A DNA stretch of 62,165 nt, filler included, from Deltaproteobacteria bacterium (GTDB taxonomy: Bacteria; JAUYMQ01): NCBI GenBank assembly GCA_030698575.1. It is 13 parts of 13 records of this genome, joined end to end, with 100 filler letters (N's around TTAATTAATTAA, not from the genome) between each part and the next. Parts side by side here need not be neighbours in the genome. Positions count along the whole stretch, not along the records: positions 52,175 to 55,331 come from JAUYMQ010000235.1; positions 55,432 to 58,627 come from JAUYMQ010000246.1; positions 58,728 to 62,165 come from JAUYMQ010000248.1; 10 more parts are not named here. One strand, given 5' to 3'. The notes beneath the pieces were generated by a model that was not told where the DNA came from, ran no database searches, and worked only from the letters and a program-made list of their open reading frames with translations. Of the stretch, positions 53,865-62,165 are shown piece by piece (the first letter of the stretch is position 1; every line of letters begins with the position of its first letter). Position numbers and translations under genes: made by a program.

Positions 53865-54758
53865 TCAGGGTGTATCCCGCAGCGTCGGATCCAGCGCGTC
53901 GCGCAGACGGTCGCCGAGGAAGTTGAAGGCGAGGATGGTGAAGAAGATGGCGAGCGCCGGCGGCAGGAGCAGGTGCGGGAAGCTTCGGAGCGCCCCCCAG
54001 CCGTCATAGGCGAGCGTGCCCCAGCTGGCCAGCGGAGGCTGGATGCCGAGGCCGATGAACGAGAGTGTCGATTCGCTCAAGATCGCCACGGGAATCCGGT
54101 ACGTGAGGATCACGAGCAGCGGCCCCAGGGCGTTCGGGAGGATGTGGCGCAGGAGGATGCGCCGCCCCGAGGCGCCGAGCGCCCGCGCCGATTCCACGTA
54201 GGTTTCCTCCCGGAGCTGAAGCACGAGCGCGCGCACGAGCCGCGCCGTCGACACCCAGCCGATGATGGAGAGCGCCACCATGATGCCGCCGAGCCCCTCG
54301 CCCATGCCCGGCACCCCCTTGAACAGTTCAATGAAGACCACCATCAGGAGAAGTCCCGGGAAGGAGTAGACCACGTCGACGATGCGCATGAGCACGTCGT
54401 CCGTCCGCCCGCCGATCCACCCCGAGAGCCCGCCGTACACCGCCCCCAGCGCGAGCCCCGCGAACCCGACCGCCACGCCTACCGCCATCGAAATGCGCGC
54501 GCCGTGTATCAGTCGGGTCAAAAGATCGCGCCCCAGACTGTCGGTGCCGAGCCAGTGCGCCAAGCCCGGTGAGGCAAGCACGTTCCCGGTGTCCTGGTGG
54601 TCGTAGGCATAGGGAGAGACCGCATCGGCGAAGAGCGCAAGGAGCGTCACGACGACAAGGAACAGGAGCGAGCCCACCGCGGAGCGATCTTGCAAGAGCG
54701 ATCGCAGCGCGGCGCGCCAGGGATCGGGCGCGACGTATGGGGCGGCGCCGGCGGTCAT
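53865..54758 (-). CDS. Oligopeptide ABC permease (OppC-like)
   Basis: HWLGTDSLGRD, YVESARALGA, ESTLSFIGLG. Confidence 0.9.
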   Translation of the reverse strand: MTAGAAPYVAPDPWRAALRSLLQDRSAVGSLLFLVVVTLLALFADAVSPYAYDHQDTGNVLASPGLAHWLGTDSLGRDLLTRLIHGARISMAVGVAVGFAGLALGAVYGGLSGWIGGRTDDVLMRIVDVVYSFPGLLLMVVFIELFKGVPGMGEGLGGIMVALSIIGWVSTARLVRALVLQLREETYVESARALGASGRRILLRHILPNALGPLLVILTYRIPVAILSESTLSFIGLGIQPPLASWGTLAYDGWGALRSFPHLLLPPALAIFFTILAFNFLGDRLRDALDPTLRDTP

Positions 54759-55331
54759 CGCGCCCCCTCCCGCTCGGCGTCGATCCGCGGGTCGAGCCAG
54801 CGGTAGCTCACGTCGACGGCCAGGTTGGCGAGGATCACGAGCGTGGCGTAGACCAGCGTCACCCCCATGACCAGCGGGTAGTCGCGGTTCGTCACGGCTG
54901 TGATGAAGAAGCGCCCCATGCCGGGCACGCCGAAGATGTATTCGACGACGAACGATCCCGTGAGCAGATCGGCAAAGAGCGGGCCGAAGAGCGTGGCGAC
55001 GGGCAGGATCGAGTTCTTCAGCACGTGGCGAAGCGCCAGCCGCCACCGCCCCACCCCTTTCGCCAGCGCCGCCGTGATGTAGGCCTTGGTCATCACCTCG
55101 AGCACGCTCGATCGCGTGAGGCGCGCGATGTAGGCGGCGGGCGCCAGGCCGAGGGTCACGGCCGGCAGAATCATGTAGGCCGGCCCTTCCCAGAGCGCCG
55201 GCGGCAGGAGCTTCCACATGTGCGCGAAGAGAAGGATGAGAAGGACGCCGATCACGAAGGAAGGGAGGCTGATGCCGGTGGTAGCCACCAGCATCGTAGC
55301 GCGATCGGGCCAGCGCCCCCGCGTAAGCCCG
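54755..55331 (-). CDS. Oligopeptide ABC permease (OppB-like), 5'-partial
   Basis: SLPSF, YITAALAKG, VEYIFGVPGMG, RDYPLVMG. Confidence 0.9.
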
Positions 55332-55431
55332 NNNNNNNNNNNNNNNNNNNNNNNNNNNNNNNNNNNNNNNNNNNNTTAATTAATTAANNNNNNNNNNNNN
55401 NNNNNNNNNNNNNNNNNNNNNNNNNNNNNNN

Positions 55432-55975
55432 GGGCGATCAGTTCCTTGCCTGTTCCGCTTTCTCCCGTGAGCAGGATGGTGCTGCTCGTCGGCGCGCACT
55501 TGGCGACCAGCCGATAGACGATCTGCATCTGCGGGCTGGAGCCGATGATGTTCTCGAAGCGGTACCTGGAGCCGATCTCGCTCTTGAGGTTGAGGTTCTC
55601 CTGCAGCAATTGCCGCCTCTCCAGTGCCCGATGCACCACAAGCTTGAGTTCATCCGGATCGAAGGGCTTGGGCAGGTAGTCGAACGCCCCGAGCTTCATC
55701 GCCCGCACCGCGGTATCGATCTGCGAGAGTCCCGTTACCATGATGACGTCGATGTCCGGATGCGTCTCCTTTACTCTCTGCAGCACTTCCAGGCCGTCGA
55801 TCTTCGGCATCATGATATCCAGGATGATCACGTCGTACTGGTTCTCCTCGACTCGCCTGAGGGCTTCCAGGCCGTCCTGAACGGCCTCCACGACGTAATC
55901 GCGGTCGCCGAGAATGCGAAGGCAACTCCTGATGACGATCTCCTCGTCGTCGACCACCAATATCCTGGCGCTCAT
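55432..55975 (-). CDS. NtrC-family sigma54 response regulator (3'-partial)
   Basis: REC domain (VVDDE, LDIMMP, KPF) followed by GESGTGKEL. Confidence 0.92.
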
Positions 55976-57618
55976 AGCCCGCTCCCGCTGCTCTCGCTTT
56001 CTGCGTCCGTTGAAGGAGGCTTGATCGGCAGGGTGACCCGGAATATGGATCCCTCGCCGACCTTGCTTTCCACCTCGATCGCCCCGCCGTGGGCCGTGAC
56101 GATGCCGTGACTGACGGACAGCCCCAGCCCGGTTCCTTTCCCCACTTCCTTGGAGGTGAAGAATGGATCGAAAATCCGATGCAGATTTTTCTCCGGGATT
56201 CCGCAGCCGGTATCGATGAAAGAGACCTCCACCATGGGTACGGGCGCCGCGCCCGGCTCCGGGCGCCTTGGTTCCGGACAACGTCGACTGCGCACGGTGA
56301 TGCTGCCTTTCTCCTCGATGGCGTGCTGGGCGTTGACGAGCATGTTCATGACAACCTGCTTGATCAGGTCGGCGTCGACCCAGACCGGCGGCAGATCAGC
56401 AGCAAGATCCATGGTGATCTCGATGTCGCGCAAGTGAGCAGGCCGCTCGATGATACGCGCCGTGTCCTCGATGATCTGGTTGAGGTCGGCGAATTTCTTC
56501 TCCGGCGTCTTCTCGCGGGCAAAGTCGAGAAGCCTGCGGATGATTGCGGCGCACCGCTTGGTTTCCCGGATTACCAGATCCAGGTCCTCGGCGTCCGGGC
56601 TTCCGTCCGGCATTTTTTGCCGCAGCAGGTGCGAGAAAGTGAGGATGCCGGTCAGCGGGTTATTCAGCTCATGAGCGATGCCGGCAGCGAGCAGGCCGAC
56701 CGAAGCCAGCTTTTCCCCGCGCACCGCCTCGGCCTGGGCAAGGCGCAGTTCCTGAGTCCTCTTTGCCACCTTCTCTTCCAGGGTTCTTCCCCACTCCCGC
56801 AGTTCCTCCTGGGAGTTTTTCAGGGCCGCCGTCATTGCGTTGAAGGAGGCTGCCAGCTCGCCGAATTCGTCGGCGCTGCGAACCGGGATGGTCTGATCCA
56901 GATCACCGGAGGCAAGCCGCTTGGCCCCGTTTTCCAGGTCGTTCAGGGGAACCTGGACCATGCGGTGCACGAAGAAGCTGACAACGAACGCGGCGACGAC
57001 GACGAAGCACAGCGAAAAGATGACGATGGTGATCGCATTCATCCGCATCGAGCGCTCGATTTCATCGAGGGAGTAGACGATGTCCAGGACGCCGAGGACG
57101 GACGTGGCTTTGGAGTGCTGATGACAGGCCGCGGTGTAGCAGGATCGCTCGTTGCGGATCACTTCCATGCTGCCGAGCATGCGCTTGCCCTCGGGAGTGG
57201 TGAATGTCCAGGTCCGCTCGCTCCTGGGCACCTGCTCCAGCGGCTGTTCGCTCTGGTGGCAATGGGAACAGGCCTCGGCTTTCCGGTCCAGCGTGCGCCC
57301 GATTTCGGCCGGATTGGTGGAGTGAGTGATCCTCCCGTCCTTGCTCAGGATCCTGACTTTGTCGATGCTCCCCTGGTTGCCGACGTCGCGGATTATCTTC
57401 TCCACGTAATCGGGCTGATTCTGCAGCATTGCATAGCGCGTGCTCTTGGTGATCACTTCGGATAGCTGGGTGACGCTTTCTGCGACATTGGCGAGGAGTT
57501 CCTGCCGCTGATGCCAGACTACAAGCGAGGCAAACGCGAGCATCGCCACCGTCAGGGCGATCGTCAGGTAAAGGCCGACCTTGAACTGGAGTGTTTTCGG
57601 ACGCATTTTCTTCCTCAC
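55972..57618 (-). CDS. HAMP sensor histidine kinase with a periplasmic heme-c domain
   Basis: CSHCH and CYTAACH between two TM helices; AHELNNPL, GKGTGLGL. Confidence 0.9.
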   Translation of the reverse strand: MRKKMRPKTLQFKVGLYLTIALTVAMLAFASLVVWHQRQELLANVAESVTQLSEVITKSTRYAMLQNQPDYVEKIIRDVGNQGSIDKVRILSKDGRITHSTNPAEIGRTLDRKAEACSHCHQSEQPLEQVPRSERTWTFTTPEGKRMLGSMEVIRNERSCYTAACHQHSKATSVLGVLDIVYSLDEIERSMRMNAITIVIFSLCFVVVAAFVVSFFVHRMVQVPLNDLENGAKRLASGDLDQTIPVRSADEFGELAASFNAMTAALKNSQEELREWGRTLEEKVAKRTQELRLAQAEAVRGEKLASVGLLAAGIAHELNNPLTGILTFSHLLRQKMPDGSPDAEDLDLVIRETKRCAAIIRRLLDFAREKTPEKKFADLNQIIEDTARIIERPAHLRDIEITMDLAADLPPVWVDADLIKQVVMNMLVNAQHAIEEKGSITVRSRRCPEPRRPEPGAAPVPMVEVSFIDTGCGIPEKNLHRIFDPFFTSKEVGKGTGLGLSVSHGIVTAHGGAIEVESKVGEGSIFRVTLPIKPPSTDAESESSGSGL

Positions 57619-57921
57619 CCCTCTTCAGATACCGGAAGAGACGCCAATCTGCCTTCGCGTCGGAGCAGCGCTATCGACAGCATTCATGAACAGGTCGCCT
57701 CAGGAAGCGATCAACCCGAGTTCTCGGGCCAGCGCAAAGACTAGCAATTCTGCCTTGACGACTATTGACCGGCATCAAACCGCCGGACGGCATATGCCAG
57801 CCGGGCTGCCCGTGGTGTAGCGAGGGTCTGGAGTCTGGCGGATGCTCGTATTGCTTTCGGATCGTCGGCGTATGATCCGCAGGATTGCATACTATTAACC
57901 GGAGCATTTCCAGGGGAATCG

Positions 57922-58627
57922 ATGAAAGCCGCTTTCTACCGGAGACAGGGGCCGGCGCGGGAGGTGTTCGAGATCGGGGAATTGCCCGACCCGCACCCGG
58001 CGCGGGGTGAAGTGCGGGTCAGGATCCGGGCCTCCGGCGTGAACCCGACCGACACGTACACCCGCAGCGGCGTGCGCCGCCGCGGCATGCCCTTCGAGAC
58101 CATTGTGCCCAATCAGGACGGCGCCGGCGTTATCGACGAGGTGGGCGAGGGGGGCGCTCGGGAGCGCGTTGGCGAGCGCGTGTATGTCACGATGGCGCAG
58201 TGGCAACGGCCCTGGGGCACCGCGAGCGAATACGTGGCGCTGCCCGAAGTTCGTGCAACTGCGCTTTCGGAGAATACCAGTTTCGAACAGGGTGCGTGCC
58301 TGGGCGTGCCTATCCTGACCGCCCATTACGCGCTTGCGCTCTACGGCGGCGTCGCGGGGAAAACGGTGCTCGTGCAAGGCGGCGCGGGCGCGGTCGGCTT
58401 CTACGCCATCCAGTTCGCCAAGTTCAAGGGGGCGTCGGTCATCGCGACGGTGAGCAGCGACGGGAAAGCGCAGATTGCGCGCTCTGCGGGCGCGGACCAC
58501 GTGATCAATTACAGGACCGAGGACCTCGGGACTCGCGTTTCCGAAATCACCTCCGGCCGTGGCGTGGCGCGCGTGCTCGAAGTGAATTTCGCCGCGAACG
58601 CAGCGAAATGGCCGCAGATACTGGGAA
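57922..58627 (+). CDS. NADPH:quinone reductase (zeta-crystallin MDR family), 3'-partial
   Basis: SGVNPTD, DGAGVID.VG, GGAGAVG. Confidence 0.9.
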
Positions 58628-58874
58628 NNNNNNNNNNNNNNNNNNNNNNNNNNNNNNNNNNNNNNNNNNNNTTAATTAATTAANNNNNNNNNNNNNNNNN
58701 NNNNNNNNNNNNNNNNNNNNNNNNNNNCCGTTTCCAGCTAGAGGGACAACCATTCCGCTGCGATTGAAATCAAGCCCAGTCTCAACCGGGAACTGGCCTT
58801 CGCGGACCCATTTGACCCGGATATGGAAATCATTAATGATTTCGGGGCCGACGGATTTTTTGAGGTACACAGGC

Positions 58875-59141
58875 TTAGGCTGCCTTGCGGCGCTTCATCG
58901 CTTTATCGAGGTCATACGTCGCCTGCAAGTTCATCCAGAGCTTCGCGGACGTTCCCAGTGCCTTGGCGAGGTCCAGCGCGGCCTCGGCGGTGATACCGCG
59001 CTTCCCCTTGATAAGCTCGTTCAGACGAGCACGCGTCCAACCAAGCTTCTTGGCGAACGCCATCTGGGTAACCCCGGCGGGCTTAAGAAAGTCCTCCAGG
59101 AGGATCTCGCCGGGATGGAAGGGATTCTTGGGTTGCCTCAT
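58875..59141 (-). CDS. higA: HigA-family antitoxin
   Basis: HPGEILLEDFL, ELIKGKRGIT, WMNLQ..YD. Confidence 0.92.
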   Translation of the reverse strand: MRQPKNPFHPGEILLEDFLKPAGVTQMAFAKKLGWTRARLNELIKGKRGITAEAALDLAKALGTSAKLWMNLQATYDLDKAMKRRKAA

Positions 59142-59165
59142 GGTCAAAACTCCTGCACAACGGGT

Positions 59166-59456
59166 TCAGTGGTAGTCGACGACTCTCACATCCTTGGCAT
59201 TACCGCCTTCCCACCGAAATACGATGCGCCACTGATCGTTGATTCGGGTCGAGTAACACCCTGTGAGTTTCCCCTTTAGCGTCTCCAGCCTGTTTCCCGG
59301 TGGCATACGCAGATCCACCAGCTCCGCGGCGTCATGCAGATAAAGCAACTTGCGTCGCGCCACGCGCCTCAGCTCCGGCGGAAATTGACGCACCTCCTTC
59401 GAGGTTCTGTCATAAAACAGGTCTTCGGCGAGCCGATTGCCAAAGCTTTCGATCAT
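59166..59456 (-). CDS. higB: HigB (RelE-family) toxin
   Basis: MIESF, PPGNRLE.LKG, RINDQWRIVFRW, DYH. Confidence 0.92.
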   Translation of the reverse strand: MIESFGNRLAEDLFYDRTSKEVRQFPPELRRVARRKLLYLHDAAELVDLRMPPGNRLETLKGKLTGCYSTRINDQWRIVFRWEGGNAKDVRVVDYH

Positions 59457-59463
59457 TGTCTCG

Positions 59464-59491
59464 ATGTTATCAAATAGTGATAATCTTGCAA
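59464..59491 (-). promoter_or_regulatory. higBA promoter with a palindromic operator
   Basis: TTGCAA-N16-TAACAT on the minus strand; TTATCA-N5-TGATAA at 59467-59483. Confidence 0.6.
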
Positions 59492-59546
59492 GCGGTTTTT
59501 CCTGGAGGCCGCATCCGGCCAGACTTCGGCCGTTGATCGACGTAAA

Positions 59547-60050
59547 GTGGATAAAAGGGACAGCCGCCCGGCATCGACACGGGGCCTGAAGACGCGCATC
59601 TGCAAGGCCTACACCTGCGACATCATCCGGAACGGGCTTTCCTTCCTTCTGTCCGGCGGGCTCGACGAAACCGACCTCGTGGTGGTTCCCCACGGCTGCG
59701 ACTCGCTGCAGGGCCTCGGAAGCGTGCGCCTCGACTTCGTCAAGCGGAAGCAACCCGTGCTCACCCTTTATCTTCCCCGCCGAGACGAGAGCGACACCGA
59801 GAAGGCCATCCGGTTCTTCGCCGATGAATTCAGGCCGGTGGGCGTGAACCTCGAGGCAATCGCGACGAGCGCCCTGGCGCGGAGAACGCAAACGCCTCGT
59901 ACCGGCACGCCCGTGGCGGTGTCCGGGATCATCCCCGAGCCCACCGAGTTTCTCGACGCCCTCAACCGCGCCGGGGTGGAATGGTTACTTCAAGATCTCA
60001 ACGACCGGCCGAGAAACACATCCAGGCCCGCAGGGGCCGCTTCCCGGTAG
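59547..60050 (+). pseudogene. Fragmented 2-hydroxyacyl-CoA dehydratase/benzoyl-CoA reductase (HgdB/BcrC-like) subunit
   Basis: AYTCDIIRN, PHGCDSLQGLG, then VAVSGIIPEP..LDAL..AG; far shorter than the family. Confidence 0.5.
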
Positions 60051-60910
60051 ATCCGTTCAATCGCCTCGATAAAAGGCTCATCGGCCCGCCAGAACGGGAA
60101 GCTCCCCAATCGTCTGGGAAAAGCGGCCGAGAGGGTTGGAATCTGGACTTCGCCGAGCAGGTCCTCAAGCGCCCGTTCGTCAGACCGGCCGTTCCAGAAG
60201 GCGGCGGCGTCCGGGGTCAGGGGTTCGGGCCCCGGCGGCGCTTCCTGCGCCGGCTCGGCTGCGGCGGGCTTGGCTCGGCGTGTGCGCGCGGTGTTTCCTC
60301 CGTTTCGATCCAGCAGGCCGATGACCTCTTCCCGGCTCATCCCGCGTAGCTTGAACAGCAGGAACGGGTCGCGATCGAACTCCTCGCCGAGCAGGTAGTA
60401 CACGGCCGCGATGTGCTTGCACGGATTCGACCAGTCCGGGCAGGAACAATCGGTGACGAGATCCCTCAGCTTTTCGGGGAAGAGCGACAGACGGGCCGCC
60501 TTGAAGGCCGCTTCGATATCCTGCGGCATCTCGCCGGAGAGCAGCTTCGCGGCGAACAACGCTTGACGGGAGAGCGCCTTGGCCAGCTTCTTCCACTTGG
60601 CGGCGGAGAGCGTCTGGACCTTGATGACGACGCCGTAGGGTCGTGATCGAGAGCCCTGAACCTTCGCGGTGACGCGACCCTTGTCGATGCCGATGGAGAG
60701 GACCTGCCCACGGCGGGCGTAAGACCGGCCTCGGCCCAGGCGCGCGCCGATGTCGAAGCCCTCGAGCACCGCGATCCACCGCCGTGCCCACCAGCTTCCG
60801 CCGAAGGCGCCGCGTTTGGTCTGGGCTTTGATCCCACCCTTGGCCCTGCGGGGAACCGACCGCGGGAAGAAGTCGTAGTAGTGATAGTACCGATACCGTC
60901 GCCGGGGCAT
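59990..60910 (-). CDS. SWIM zinc-finger protein
   Basis: RLGRGRSYAR.G, CSCPDWSNPCKH, DPFLLFKLRG. Confidence 0.9.
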   Translation of the reverse strand: MPRRRYRYYHYYDFFPRSVPRRAKGGIKAQTKRGAFGGSWWARRWIAVLEGFDIGARLGRGRSYARRGQVLSIGIDKGRVTAKVQGSRSRPYGVVIKVQTLSAAKWKKLAKALSRQALFAAKLLSGEMPQDIEAAFKAARLSLFPEKLRDLVTDCSCPDWSNPCKHIAAVYYLLGEEFDRDPFLLFKLRGMSREEVIGLLDRNGGNTARTRRAKPAAAEPAQEAPPGPEPLTPDAAAFWNGRSDERALEDLLGEVQIPTLSAAFPRRLGSFPFWRADEPFIEAIERIYREAAPAGLDVFLGRSLRS

Positions 60911-60922
60911 GCGCAAGTCCTC

Positions 60923-61858
60923 TCAGAAAGGAAGATCCTCTTCGCCCGTCTCTCCGCCCCACTCCCGGTCGCGATCATACAAAACCACCGTTCGCTCGGG
61001 GGCCAAGGCATCCGATAGAAGCGTAAACCCCTCGTGCTGCTGCAAGAAGGGCCTGGCGCCGACGTCCATGTCACGAAGAAGATCGTTCAGCGCCTGGCTT
61101 CGTGCCCTCTGAAGCACCTTCAGGTTGTCCAGATTAGCCACCCAGACGATCAGATCGATATCCTTGCATTCGTGCCAGAGAGCGATTCCGGCCCTGCGGA
61201 ATTCCCGAAAGCGCGGGACCTCCTTCTCCAGAGGCGCCGCCACCGATCCGAACAGAACAACCCTTCGCACGGACGGTATCGCCGAAAGGGCTTCCGCGAT
61301 CCGGTCGGCCGCCAGCCGAAAGTCGTTCCGGCGCCGAACCAGGAGCCGATTTTCTTCGGCGGTCGTCTCCTCGGCCGGCGCAGTCTCGTCGAAGCGGCCG
61401 CCTCCTTCGAGATCCCAGAACGTGTCCTCACCGGAATCGTCGGGAGGCCCCTCCTCCGAGAGGGAGATCGGACTCTGATCTTGAAAGCGCGCACCACGGT
61501 CGCGCGGGATAAAACCGTCCCGTGGTTTTGCCGGCGATGCGGGTATGATTTGAGAGGGGCCGACTCCGTCGGGGCTCGGCTCCATGCCGCCCCGAGCGCT
61601 CTCGTTCGGGTGCCTTTTCCCGTCCTTGCCCTTCGCGGCGCGTTTTTCCGAGGCTCCCGACCGGCGCCTCTCGTACATCTCGCGAACCCAGACGTGAACG
61701 GGCGCCTTCCACGGCTCGGCTTTGCTGGGGATGTTCTTGATCAGACTCCTTGGATTCAAACCGAGTTCCTTCGCCATGCGCAGGGTTTCCGCGTTGAGGC
61801 GGCATCGGCGCTTCGCCTCGCTCCATGCGGAGTCTCGCGCTCTCTTCTTCTTCGCCAT
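60923..61858 (-). CDS. Two-domain protein with a nucleotidyltransferase-like C-terminus
   Basis: N-terminal MAKELGLNPRSLIKNIP..EPWKAPV, disordered linker, VVLFGSV...DIDL. Confidence 0.6.
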   Translation of the reverse strand: MAKKKRARDSAWSEAKRRCRLNAETLRMAKELGLNPRSLIKNIPSKAEPWKAPVHVWVREMYERRRSGASEKRAAKGKDGKRHPNESARGGMEPSPDGVGPSQIIPASPAKPRDGFIPRDRGARFQDQSPISLSEEGPPDDSGEDTFWDLEGGGRFDETAPAEETTAEENRLLVRRRNDFRLAADRIAEALSAIPSVRRVVLFGSVAAPLEKEVPRFREFRRAGIALWHECKDIDLIVWVANLDNLKVLQRARSQALNDLLRDMDVGARPFLQQHEGFTLLSDALAPERTVVLYDRDREWGGETGEEDLPF

Positions 61859-61859
61859 G

Positions 61860-62165
61860 CTACGTCGCCGCCGCGTCCTTGCTGAGCTTGAAAAGCTCCT
61901 TCAGCTCGGCCGTTGAAAGCTCGGTCAACCAGCCCTCGCCGGCGCCGACCACCGTCTCGGCCACCTCTTTCTTGCGTTCGATCATCTCGTCGATTCGTTC
62001 TTCCAGCGTGCCCACGCACAGGAACTTGTGAACCTGGACGTTCCTCGTCTGACCGATACGAAACGCCCGGTCCGTGGCCTGGTTCTCCACGGCCGGGTTC
62101 CACCAGCGATCGAAATGAAACACGTGGTTCGCCCGGGTCAGGTTCAGGCCCGTCCCCCCGGCCTT
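61860..62165 (-). CDS. SNF2-family helicase, C-terminal fragment
   Basis: [39 protein letters not shown]. Confidence 0.95.
   Translation of the reverse strand, partial: KAGGTGLNLTRANHVFHFDRWWNPAVENQATDRAFRIGQTRNVQVHKFLCVGTLEERIDEMIERKKEVAETVVGAGEGWLTELSTAELKELFKLSKDAAAT

Overview
This window is not one locus. It holds 13 high-GC contigs joined by 100-bp artificial spacers (N runs around TTAATTAATTAA), probably from a metagenome bin or single-cell assembly, so adjacency across spacers has no biological meaning. Contig 1: HAD phosphatase, an arylsulfatase with an in-frame TAG near its C-terminus, and DUF2092. Contig 2 (12 kb): lexA-dinB facing a minus-strand run that starts at a sigma54-type promoter and encodes a diiron ferritin-like protein, an SCP2-like protein, a Tat-exported Nitrospira/anammox-type NXR-like molybdoenzyme (alpha, beta, lipoprotein heme-b gamma), a TorD-like chaperone and an alginate-export-family porin. 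Contig 3: temperate phage fragment with RNA ligase, excisionase, a probable attP and an integrase. Contig 4: phage replication module (PolA with unusual active-site substitutions, DnaX-like, UvsY-like, gp32-like SSB, RecA, DUF6884-like, NusG). Contig 5: recO-glyQ-glyS-ppdK. Contig 6: flippase, methyltransferase, DedA, SDR. Contig 7: a DUF1156/DUF499 restriction-like defence locus interrupted by a dual-OB plus 2x DUF488 cassette and a duplicated gene start. Contigs 8-13: metabolic and transport genes, several truncated or chimeric genes, a heme-c sensor kinase with an NtrC-family regulator, HigBA, and SNF2/nucleotidyltransferase/SWIM. No rRNA, tRNA or CRISPR array was recognised. Family calls come from motif recognition by eye, not from database searches.
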